Below the pieces are notes generated by a model. That model was not told where the DNA came from. It made no database searches and saw nothing but the letters and a program-made list of their open reading frames with translations. Shown one piece after another: positions 52,773 through 64,000 of a stretch of 64,000 nt of DNA. Every line of letters starts with the position of its first letter. The stretch's first letter is position 1. The position numbers and the translations under genes were made by a program. The stretch comes from Cycas panzhihuaensis (Eukaryota > Plantae > Cycadophyta): contig CM041465.1 in assembly GCA_023213395.1 (NCBI GenBank), positions 222,091,741 through 222,155,740 of the forward strand, in the 5' to 3' direction.

Positions 52773-53980
52773 ATGTTGAGTCTTACTTAGGGTGACAATG
52801 ACATGTCATTAAGCATCAAATCATGCCTTGCTAATAGATATTATATCCCATTGGGATTATCATTAATAAGTGTTCCATTTACCACTTGGGAATGTGATGA
52901 TTACATCACATGACATTTAGAGGATCCTTAAGCTTTTGACAAGGGGATTACCTCCAGAGTTAGATTCACTATCGATCATGGAGGATGAAAAATGTGCGAC
53001 TACCCAATTCTTCTATTAAAGGGGTTACTAGGAACGGAGAGGAGGGTGTTTGTGATGTATTCTAGGTTCTAAGATTATTTAATCAAGGAAACTAATAATC
53101 TGTACCATTCTATTTTAGATGTCTTAGAGACAAAACTATAGAGAGATTCTCAGAGGATGGATGGACATGGTCTAACAATATGAGGCAAGGGATAGATTGG
53201 ATTAGGTAGCCCTTGTGCTAGCCAATATATAGGCTTAGATAGACCACATCTAGGTAATAGGACATGGGGATTTCTCATATTAGACTCTAATCTAGTGACA
53301 AGGTTAAGGACAAGGTCATAGCCATAGAGTAGGGCCAAGGACAAGGTCACAGCCAGTGGAGGATGGGGATCCATTGATGCATAGATTCTTAACCTGATTT
53401 AAGACCCTAGGAGAACAGGTGCAAGTCCCTTGTATAATACATGCCACATCCCTGGACCTATTAGTGCTAGACAACTATGTGAGACATCCATACATGGGTG
53501 TTCAGTGGAGTAATGATGAGGAGGGATATAAGAATGTAGAGGAGGAGTTGGTAACGATTGATGAGGAGGTAGGAGAGGGTGAGGAGGCAACTATAATTGG
53601 TTACTATGACACCACTAAAGGTAATACTAGAGGCAACGGCATAGAATATTAAGCTATGAGCTTGATTAAATGAGATCCTAAGAGAGATGATTCATTACAA
53701 ACTAAATATGATCACCTCATAGAGTAGATGGCAACCAAGTTAAGATAAAGTCACAATAGGACATCTATTGCCATGCCATGAAGATGGACATGGGATGAGA
53801 GGAGCAAGCTTGGCTCATCACAATGACCCAAAAATAGCATAGGGGGTAAGTACTAAGGTACTAGAAAAAGGGCCTGCTTAGGAGGAGAGCAACATACCTT
53901 GAGGTGGTTATGCAAAGTGGGGGGATCTTAATAGAGGTAAGCTAGACTTCCAGGGGTTAGGTTGTGTATCATAAAACTCT
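52773..53980 (+). pseudogene. PMD-like accessory ORF of X2, antisense, decayed; 3' end approximate
   Basis: NHALLIDIISHWDYH**VFHLPLGNVMITSHDI*RILKLLTRG at ~52819-52947, plus the acidic tail in ORF 53419-53652. Confidence 0.82.
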
Positions 53981-54649
53981 TTTAGGTAATTGTAGACTCC
54001 TATAAGAATTCTAACTCGCTCATGACATGATGTACATGTGTCTACTTATTATATTTTTTATATATAGATATGGGAGCCAACTTATGCTTTCCCATTCTTT
54101 TCATTTTTATGTACTCATAAGTAAATGCATATAGATGTACTATATCATTTTCATGAGGATGTATGATTTATTTTCATGTACTATTAAGTTGATATCACTC
54201 TTATATTTGGCATTGTGGCACACATAACGTATAAAACATAATTACAACTCTATTGATATGCATGTGGCATGATATAACACATTGTATTACCAATTTATAC
54301 TCATAGAGGAGTCCTATGCCCCTATGGGGAATGCTCATAGGGGGAGAGGATAGGCTTGTTATGGAGTGTAAAGTGCCATCCTATGGATGTGAAACCATAA
54401 AAACATAAACACATATTTTTTGGGTAATTTTACAGATTTTATGATTTTTTTTTAATGTTTTTTGAAAGATATTATTAATAGGTGACAATTTATACTCATG
54501 ACAGAGTAAAGTACCCCAACGAGGTGAAATCCTACCAATGGCTAAGGATATGATAGAGTAATAGGCTTATAATGATAAGATGCCCCCAATAAGGGTAATG
54601 CATATCATGAACGAAGGTAGTTTAAGCTCATTTTAGAGTAAGGTGACCC

Positions 54650-57590
54650 CTGCACTAGGGGAGTCAACTATAAAACTTCTTAAGGAATTGCCCATGATAG
54701 CCTTTTTGAATTCAAGACCTTCTAATGTTTCATTTCAATATGCCCTATGATCCAAACTTTACAAGTTAACAAATGAACCAACCTATTTGCGACTAAATTT
54801 TGATAAATTGTTATATAAGTACTCCAACTTAAAGACTTTGTCCCTTGGAGCTAAGGGTCAGAGTTGTATGTGTTTATTTTGGGCCTTTTATACTTTAGCC
54901 TTTGATGCCAAATTTTCTTGATAGGTAGTAAGGCATTTTTTATCAAGTGCTTTGAGGTCAAGTAGATGGGCTTATCATTGCCACTCTTCATCAATGAAAT
55001 CTTTAAGCAAAACTTGTAATAATGGGATTTCCTCCTCAAGGGTGAAGATAATCTCTAATCCATAGACTAAAGAAAAGGGTATCATGCTCGTGGCCATCCT
55101 TATAGATGTTTGAAAGGCCAAAAGGACTAGGTAGAATTGTAGGTGCTAATCTTTATGAGATTGGGCCATGGTCTTCTTAATGATATTAACCATGGTCTTA
55201 TTAAAAGCCTCGATCTGGCCATTGGCTGGGGGGTAAAATAGAGATGAGATTTAGTAGGTGATTTAGAATCTCTCATAAAGCTCATCCATTTCTTTATTGA
55301 AGAATGAGGTCCTGTTATCAGTGATCAAGACATCAGGGACTCCAAACTAGTAAATGATATATTGAAACATGAAGGTAGTGATTGTTTTGCCCATCATAGA
55401 AGAGAAGAACCACCTCAACCTATTTGGTGAAGTATTTCATTATAGTTAGATTAAACTTATGTTGGGTTGAGGATGGTGGTGTCATATATATAATGAGGTT
55501 GAGACCTTATTGGGAGAATAGCCATGGCAATATTACAATATGTAATGCTTCAGATGACTAATAGATGATGTTGGAGTGCTCTTAGCATTTCCAACTACAT
55601 TACACATGAGCATGAGCACCCTTGAATAAGGTAGGCCATTAAAATCCAATTCTTAGGATCTTTTAAGCCATAGATTAACCTCCAAAATGGCCTTCATAGA
55701 TTCTACCATGGCATTCATAGAGGATTTAATTTATCTCATGAGGATTGATGCACTTAAGGAGGACTCCTTCAAATGACCTGTTATATAATACATCCTCTAT
55801 GAGGAAGTTTTGGAGGGCAGTTGCCTTATGCACAACTTTACCTTCTCACTCACATCTTACAGGTACCTTTGTTAAGTTAAATATTGAATAATGTCACCAT
55901 ACCATATCTTATTAATTAACTTTTAGCCCTCAGTTTCTTCAAGGGTGAAGATCATCTCGTTGGGCAAGGAGTCATTATCCAGAGCATTTGAGGAATTGGG
56001 GAGGGACACATGGTTAAGCTGCTCGACAACCCCCATGGCCTTATTGGACTTTCTATTGATGATTTTTAGGTCATACTATTATAAGAGGATGACCATTTGC
56101 TAACTTATCTAGTCAAATTAGACCTCATCATAAGGTAATGAAGTGGATCTAACTAGATGATCACATTGGTTATGTTACCCAAAAGGTAGTGCCTCAGTTT
56201 CTTGATCGTAAAGATATGGGCCAAACACTCCTTCTTGATAAGAATGTAATTAACCTTGATAACAACCAATATTTGACTTATGAAGTAGATGACCCTCTCA
56301 ATTTTTAGGTCATCTTCTTAACCGAACATAATTCCAATCGACTCATTGATTGATGAAGTGTATAGAATGCATAGTCAATTGAACACAGGTAGAGCCAATA
56401 TATGGGTAGAGATGAGAGCTCACTTGAGCTCTTGGAAGGCCTCTTAGGCTTTGGGGGACCAAATAAATAGGGTCCCTTTCTTTAGGAGATTCATTAGGGG
56501 CTTAGCATTAATAGAAAAATCTACCAAGAATCATCATAGGAAGCCTAATCTACCCAAAAATGATTTGATTTGCCTTTGAGTTTTTGGAGGAGATATTTCT
56601 ACTATGGCCTTGACTTTATTGGGATTAACTTGGATCTTTATCAATATTAACTTAGATCCCTTCTTAAGAAACATAAAAACCTAATAGTTTATCGATTATG
56701 ACATCAAAGACATACTTGAGGGGGTTAAGGCTAATGTGATACTTCTTGCACCTAAGAAAAATCTTCCTTAAGTCTGTAGGGTGACCAACTCTCTTGCGTG
56801 AGAGGCCTATCAAATCATCCATGAAAACCTCTAGGATTTTATTAATGAGATCATGGAAAATGAAGTGCATGGCATATTGGTATGTAGCGCTAACATTCTT
56901 AGGTCCAAAAGGCATCACCATATAGGCAAATATTTCCTAGGGAGTAGTAAAAGCTATCTTATGACAATCCTTGGGGAGATTTAAATTTGGTTGTAGCCTG
57001 AGAACCTATCCATCAAAGACATAACTTCAAATCTGGTAGTTTTATCAATAATTTGGTTGATAAATAAAAGTGAGAAGTTATCTTTAGGGAATACATTATT
57101 TATATCCTTAAAGTCTATGCAAATGTATATAGTCCCATTCTTCTTAGCAACTGGCACATTGTTAGGTACCCACTTGGGGTACTTAATGGATCTGATGAGG
57201 CCAACATTATGTAGCTTCTCCAATTTTATCTTTATAGTGGATGATAATTTAGGATACAAAGGTCTTTACTTTTGTTAGACCAACTTGGCTTTGGGAACCA
57301 TTATTAGGTTATGTATGATAATATCAGTGCTTATGCCTTTCATGTCCATATAGTCCTATGCAAAAGCATCTCGAAACTTATGGAATTGCTTTGTATATTC
57401 CTTACTCTCTTGGGGTGAATATTTAATGCTGATCTTAATAACCTTATCTAGGGTAAGGATAATATATCTTGTTCTCCCAATCAAAAGGACATTTCCCTTA
57501 TTGAAATAAGTAGGGGCATGATCAATTTGGGAATCATGAGGAATTTGGATAGTGTTGGGGTTGACTAGGGGGATCCAATTATGAGGCACT
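54650..57590 (-). pseudogene. X2 pol pseudogene (RT-RNase H-integrase)
   Basis: ORF fragments 56664-56921, 56981-57259 and 57356-57589, with integrase motifs at ~54850-55900. Confidence 0.88.
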
Positions 57591-59629
57591 ATCGAAAACC
57601 TAACTTGTAATGGTTTAGAGGGAGATTAGGAGATGAGCCTACTAAGTGCTCAAGCAAGGCCTCATCATTTTCAAAACAGTCTAACCCATATATAGTCTTG
57701 GATATGAGGGGCAAAAATAGGCTTGGATCTAGGGGGAACTCATATCAATCGATCACCCACTCAATAAAGTAAGAGGATTCCTTAGACAAGTTGGAGTGGA
57801 GGTGTAGGATTGAATAAATATCTATAGTAAAGGTGGGAGTCCCATGGGGGTCATAGTCACACATGATTGATTCATCATAAGAGAAATTAGATTTAAAATC
57901 TTTGTCTAAATCACATGTGAGGGGGCCTTACTTTAGGGAAAGCCTTGGAACCACATGACTCAAATGATCTCCTATATACTAAATCATGTTAATGGTTTAA
58001 GGTAGAGGGGGTGGATAAGAAGTGGAAATAGACAAGGGACTAAGTTCTAATGGAGTGGATCCATGGGCAATGAACCAAGTGACTTCTCCCCAAAAGGTAG
58101 CTTGAATGTAGGAAGGTACAACATACCCATTAGGTGGGGTCATTTGAGAATTATCACTTGGATGATTAGGATGTCAGTTGTATAAAAGTTCGTAGAATGA
58201 GAGATAACCACGCTCATATAAAGGAAGGCTCTCAATAAGGAGGGTATCAAGGAGAGCATGCTTACACACCCCCATTAAGATTGTGATAAGATTGGGAAGG
58301 GCCTAAAGTATATAGGTTCAAGCCAAAAGGGGGAAGGACATTCACATGAGGTGCCTCTCCTTGAGAAGTAGTAAGGAAGGCCACTTGATGTGCATGTAGC
58401 TCAAAGCCCTCCTCCCCAAACTTAGGGTTGTTTAGAATAGTAAGGTATATATAACTACTTATAAGGGTGAAACAAACTCAAGTTAGGTTGAGGAGGTGGA
58501 TCTCTCCTAGGACCATTTTAACCAACTCTTAATAAGGAGTTTCTATTTGCTTGTGTTTGTGGCATGGAATTGATGGAGGGCTATATGATCATGATGTATA
58601 ACTCATATGTAATGATGAAAGGTAAACTAGCATACATAAGCAAAAGAGAAGCTCTAAATCTAGGAGTTGTACTAATAATATTCTTGTTCATGTTCTTTTC
58701 TCTCATTTATTTCAACTCTTTTTAGTTTACTTAATGATGGAAAAAAAAATTGTGATCAAATATTCATACATCCATAAAAAATTTTACATGGAAAAGAACT
58801 ATAAGACTAAAATTAAAAGTCATAATTTTTTATTTTTGTTTTTTTTAGAATGAAATAAAAAGAGGGACCAAAGTGATAGTTTTATCAATATGAGGGTTCT
58901 TTCCTTAGTATCTCTTTAATCACAACATTTTCAAAACAACTTCAACTATTGAATGAAAAGAAAGGAAATGAAACCTCTAAATAAAACTCATGCACATACC
59001 TGAATAATGTAGGTTGAAGTGAAATGGAAATCTCTTTCAAATCTAGATCTTTTCTTTTGCATGAATGAGATTGATGATAGTTAAGATGTTTTAAACCATA
59101 TATACTCTCCAGGAGAGAAAAAAAGAAAGCAACACACACTACAATATGCAAAGCTAAAAATGAACTTTGATTATTTCAAAGAAAATAAAGAACTTAAAAA
59201 ATCTAATATATAAACCTAGATTTAGATAGCAGGAATACTAAAAATTTCAGGTATAAGTGCATGAAGTAAAATTACTTATATTCAAGTAATATGCAACTAT
59301 GAAATCATTAAATCTACTCTATTTCTTATAAGAAAAAGAAAAAGAGAAATACATGTAAATTTTTTTAAAACTATAAGAATAGAGAAGGTAAAGAACCAAG
59401 AAAATGAAAGATATTAACCATAAAAAATAATATAAAAGATATCAAATTTATACCTCAACATAACACCCTCCTTCTATCTAAATCTTTAATATTTTTCCTT
59501 AAAAAAGACTGATGAAAATGGAGAATGATAAAGATTTAAAAGACATCACCAAAATAAAAGGTAAGAAGCACTATTTCTTGAAAAGGATTGGCCACTATAA
59601 TAAAATGGGAAAAAGAACCTGTGAATTAA

Positions 59630-60045
59630 TATAATGAACTGTTACACCAAAACCTCGAGGTGTTAGTGAAGAGGGCCCCCCACCAAGTAGACCATTACCT
59701 CCTCCCAAGTCGAATAGACTATCCCTACCTTTATTAGCATTTATGTACCCCACAGGCCTCAACTATGATAACATTTTATGCATTGACAATGTTTGGTGTG
59801 TCATCCCACCACCCCCATAAATGGCATTACCCCCATGGGATTCAAACTTGGGTCTTGGCTCTGATACCACTTATAATAAACCATTACACTAAAACCTTAA
59901 GGTATTAGTGAAGAGGGCCCCTTACCAAGTAGACCATTACCTTCCTCTATGTCGAATGGGCTAGCCCCACTTTCACCGGTGTTTATGCATCCCATAGGTC
60001 CTAGTTATGACGGTGTTTTACACATCAATAATATTTGGCACGTCA
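59630..60045 (-). mobile_element. TRIM (terminal-repeat retrotransposon in miniature), 416 bp
   Basis: 174-bp LTRs at 59630-59803 and 59872-60045. PBS complement GGCTCTGATACCA at 59857-59869 and PPT complement TCCCACCACCCCC at 59804-59816. TSD is ATTAA / CTTAA. Confidence 0.92.
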
Positions 60046-60844
60046 CTTAAAATGGGTTAATGTCACAAGGTCATTGCATTAGTTAATTATTTTTAAAAAG
60101 AGTCTTAAGTAAACTTTAAATTAGATCACTTAAGCAAATTGCACTTTCATGTGCATTATGTGTAATTTCATTTCACCTAACTCTAATGCTCCCCCTCTCA
60201 ATATAAAAGTAAAAGCTCAATAGATGAGGCTCATTCTTACCTCCTAGTTTTGTGAGAGCTACTATCTTTCTCTCAAGTCTCTCTTACTTTTATGTTTACC
60301 TTTGTGTTTAGTGCATAGAGATGAAGGATAGATCTATTATTTTCATGTGGTATTAGAGCTTTCTTCCTTCATATTCCTCCCTTGTACTTGTAATAGAGCC
60401 ACTACTTCCTTCTCCCACATAATCCATGTGGTGAAGGAGATTATGAAAGTGGATTTAAAAATATTTAAATTTTTATCATAGCATATTTAATATTGTTTAC
60501 TTTCCCTTTCTCTTTTACAAGTTTAGAAGCACAATACAAGGAGTTGTAAGGCCTAAGGATTCTAGTCCTTTGGTAGCCATTTATGCTATCTCATTCTTCT
60601 TATCCTTCCCCTCTTTTTGTCTATTTAACAAGGGGAAATGCTACCAAAAATTTTCTAGCTTTTAGAAGAATGATTATAAGGGGAGGCTCTACCTAATTTT
60701 TTTAAAGAATTTAGAGATATATTTATCATTCTATGATCTCACCTTACCAATATTGGGATCCTGGTGATAAAAAAATGATGGAAATTTTATACGTATCATG
60801 TGTTGATTAGATATTTGCAAGCTAAATTTTCTATAGAAATAAAA

Positions 60845-61200
60845 TATACTTTCTAAATTTTATAGGTTTGCCAAAAATTCTACAAAGCTTTAATTGACCT
60901 AATTCTAATTGCTAAAGATGAGGCTCTTAGTCTAGTTTCTAGTGAAAAAATTGGCACCCAATTTTGTTGCCGTATGAGAAAGTTATTACTATTTTAGTGA
61001 ATAATAGTTATTTTTAGTAAAACTTTTGAAAAAATATATTCTACCAAATTTGTGGGACTTCCAAAAATTTTGTAGAACTCATTTGGACTTGATTCCACTT
61101 CCTAAAGATGCATCTATGAGTCTAGTATAGCAGAAAAATTAGCACTCAATTTTGTTATCATGGGAGAAAGTTATTATAGTTTTAGTAAAGACTACTTTTT
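60845..61200. repeat. Two degenerate ~190-bp tandem units in the Copia F leader
   Basis: CTAAAGATG at 60912 and 61102; CAATTTTGTT and GAGAAAGTTATTA are also repeated. Confidence 0.75.
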
Positions 61201-61333
61201 TATATTAAAAAAAATGAAGAAATTTTCTTTCTTTTTATAAGGCTTAAAATCCCATTATAAAAGTGAGTAAAAAAAAAACACCTAGATCAGAGCAATATTC
61301 AATGTCCTCACTCACTTATTAGTATTATATTTT

Positions 61334-61413
61334 AGCACTCTAAAATCACTTCAAGTAAGCATTCTAAAGACACTTCAAGCAAGCACTCCAAAAGCACTTA
61401 AAATAAGCATTCT
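61334..61413. repeat. 24-bp tandem repeat, ~3.3 copies
   Basis: AGCA(C/T)TC anchors at 61334, 61358, 61382 and 61406. Confidence 0.85.
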
Positions 61414-62077
61414 ATTTTTAGTTATATGTACGTTTGATGCAAATTCGATAATATTTTTACTCTCCCTAAAAGGAATATATCATGTATATTATTTTCTACT
61501 ATCTTATACCTATTCACACACTCATTAAGGTTGAGATACCTTAGTTGGTAGAATATCATGCCATAAAGGAGGTGTGGGTTTTAAGTTGAGACTGGACTGA
61601 ACCAAAATATTGGTGAGGTTTGATTAGCCATACCATCGTGCCTCAATCAGGGATCACCCTGATAACCAACTAGAAAAACTGAAACTTTAATATAAGATTA
61701 AAATATACCTAATCTAATATCTATTATAACTATGGGTATGCACGTACCACTCTTTAGAGGAGGTATATAGCTGCTCATAGGTGAACTGGATGAGAATTGG
61801 GAGTACTTGGGCTCCGTTGTCACTTGGGTTTCATCACCAAGCATAATTGTGGGTATCACGGGTGAAGGCTAACTTAATTCTACTAGAAACCTAAGCATCC
61901 CTTCAACAATCTCAACTATATATTAGACATAAGTTAGAGGTTATTGGGTTGATTATGTATCCTACATTTGAGTTTCAAGTTGTGTATACCCAATGATGTT
62001 AGCTTCCATATTGGCCTACAATTTTGTATATTGATCACTTACTTATTTGTAAAAAGTGATCCATAGTGTCATCACAA

Positions 62078-62276
62078 TTATAATGCTTCTTATATTCTTA
62101 CTATGTCAAGTTAATATTTGCCACAAGTGTTAGTGGCCAATTTTTACAATAGTGCTTCTTATATTCCTTCTATATTAAGTTAATATTTTCCATAAGTATT
62201 AGTGGCTAATTTTCATCATAGTACTTTTAATATTCCTACTAAGTTAGGTTGATATTTATCACAAGTATTGGTGACT
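62078..62276. repeat. 69-bp tandem repeat, ~3 copies, just upstream of Copia F gag
   Basis: Anchors at 62084, 62153 and 62222. Confidence 0.85.
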
Positions 62277-64000
62277 TTTCTCTAAGTTGCTCTCTTCATC
62301 TTTGAGCAATCGTTCTCACTTCTTCTTCTTTCTAGTACACTACTTTATTGCATCTCCTATTTATAAACAACGATTGGTCATTTATTGTCATCACTTTTAT
62401 AGTCCCTTGTTTATTTCTTCCCTTCTTAAAGGACACAATATCTTCACAGTTCAAGTAAAATGTGAACTGCATTCTTAAAGGTAAAGAAAATTGGGATATA
62501 TAAATTTACTAGTGTTAGAAATACTACAAAGTATGAAGGTATTTAGAGAGATCACTTGTAATATATACCACTTGTTACTGCTATAGCTACCACAACTGCT
62601 TCTAGAGGAGCTATTTCAATTGTTCCCATTAAAGCTACAACCAAACACTAATGGGAGTTAGATAATAATAAAATTTATGCAGGGATACTTTTTTTCACTG
62701 ATTATTCCCTACATAATCTCATTAATGAAACTGTATATGATACAGCATGGAAAATTCTTAAAGTTCTCAAGAAGAACTTTGATACTAAATTAGACTTAGA
62801 ATTTATTCACTTAGTGCTAGAGATTAACAAATTGAAAATGCAGAAAAGACATGCAAGTGAGATAATCAATCTCCTTCATCTAATCAAGCAAGCCATTGAT
62901 AAATATTTTAAGACTCTATGTATTACATGGGATTTCTTAATTTAGCCATATCTCTATATCCCAGATTATAAAAATCTACTAGGAGGTCTTCAATCAAGTG
63001 GCACCGTGAAGACCCTAAACTTTAAGGCTCTTACTAATATGTTCATCAAATTTGATAAGACCTTTGATACCAACTTTGCCACTACATCAGATCTAGTCAA
63101 TGCTACTTTTGAAGTGGAAGAAGATATTTTTTATACTAAAAATCAAGGTTAATACTCTTATAGAGGTGGTAATTCCTGTGAAAGAGGCAGAGGTAAACAA
63201 TAAGGACAATGCCCTCTTGGTCAATAGACTCCTTAACTCCAACAAAAATAGTCTTAAGGCCAAGGCTAAAATAATCAACCTAGACTTAGATCTAGTAATA
63301 AGAGATAATCTAACTAGCCTAATACTTCTTATGGGACTGGAAATCAAATAATTGTATGCCAAAGATATTATAGAAAAGGACATTATGCCAAAAATTATAG
63401 ACTACCACCAACAAACTACCAAGCTATTAATAGCACTATGGTACATATAATGTTGATAATATTTCTTTTAAAGATGCTTTTGGTAGAACACAATTTGCTC
63501 ATGCATACCTTTAAATAATTGGGACCGCTTTATCAAATATTGTTGATAGATCCACTAAGTATATTGAGGCTAATTATGGTTATGCTTATTCACTTTTAGC
63601 TTCACTACTTGGAGTTGCAAATAGTGCTACCTCAAATACTTCATCTTGGATCATGGATACTAGAGTAACACAACATATGACTTGTCATCGCTAGTTCTTT
63701 GAGGATTTTAACTCTAAAGTTTATGGTGTTGTACACATGGCTGACAAATCATCTCCGCCAGTTGAAGGACTGGGAATAGTTTGCTTGAAACTCCCAGGCC
63801 TTTTAGATTTTACACTTGTTGATGTTTTATATATTCTTACTCTAAAGCATAACTTGCTCTTCCTATCTACCCTTATCTTTGGTAGATTTGATCTATAAAT
63901 ATAACTACAAATAATCAAACTCTTTGTGTCATTCACCCTCCTTCAAATATTGTGGTTATGACCAGAATTCTTGATGGCAAATTTTTTCGCTTAATTCACT

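Larger units (their letters stand above)
47701..58500 (-). mobile_element. Tat-like Gypsy X2: 3' LTR (~47701-49039), PPT, 3' region with PMD, integrase, RNase H and RT; 5' part missing
   Basis: RT fragments WVPNNVPVAKKNGTIYICIDFKDIN...MDRFSGYNQI and VMPFGPKNVSATYQ...FMDDL. Colinear with X1 over more than 9 kb. No PBS or 5' LTR found. Confidence 0.88.
60061..64000 (+). mobile_element. Copia F: putative 5' LTR (60061-60345), PBS, ~2.1-kb leader, decayed gag and protease; runs off the right edge
   Basis: PBS TGGTATTAGAGC at 60348-60359 follows ...TTCA. Gag from ~62438 is homologous to Copia E, and protease WIMDTRVTQHMT lies at ~63647. The LTR start is tentative because there is no second LTR in the window. 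Confidence 0.82.

Noticed and set aside
58180-58430. Possible G-patch-like remnants upstream of the X2 RT
   Set aside because: Only a few residues resemble the motif and the region is too decayed to support a call.
58600-59629. AT-rich unassigned stretch, possibly host intron or intergenic DNA
   Set aside because: No exon, terminal repeat or internal homology could be supported, so it was left unannotated.
59630-60045. Cassandra (5S rRNA-bearing TRIM)
   Set aside because: No recognisable 5S rRNA segment in the LTRs.
63093-63383. ORFs of 83-96 aa on both strands
   Set aside because: Off-frame or antisense readings of decayed Copia F gag.

Overview
This is a gene-free, heavily C-to-T/G-to-A decayed nest of plant retroelements, typical of a large methylated land-plant genome. 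It looks gymnosperm-like, but that is only an inference. No intact host gene, rRNA, tRNA or CRISPR array was found. Left to right, it opens with a decayed chromovirus-type Ty3/Gypsy remnant (1-~4150, minus) and a young tRNA-derived SINE with a perfect 17-bp TSD (4347-4647). A Tat-like Gypsy copy (X1, minus) acts as the main host; it carries an antisense Plant Mobile Domain (PMD) pseudo-ORF and is interrupted twice. The first interruption is a 3'-truncated Copia (A, 5760-21273) flanked by an atypical 20-bp duplication. Copia A itself holds a full Copia (B, 6117-14542) and a young non-autonomous LTR element with an unknown decayed ORF (C, 15880-18078). The second interruption is a 16.5-kb three-LTR composite (28067-44605). 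Its outer LTRs share one TSD and enclose Copia D plus ~10.7 kb of unrelated elements. A second copy of the Tat-like element (X2, ~47701-58500) follows, then a 416-bp TRIM (59630-60045) and the 5' part of Copia F. The most notable signals are the three-LTR composite, the conserved or CpG-retaining structured islands in long Copia leaders, the unknown ORF in element C, and the PMD cargo. All alignments and counts were done by eye.
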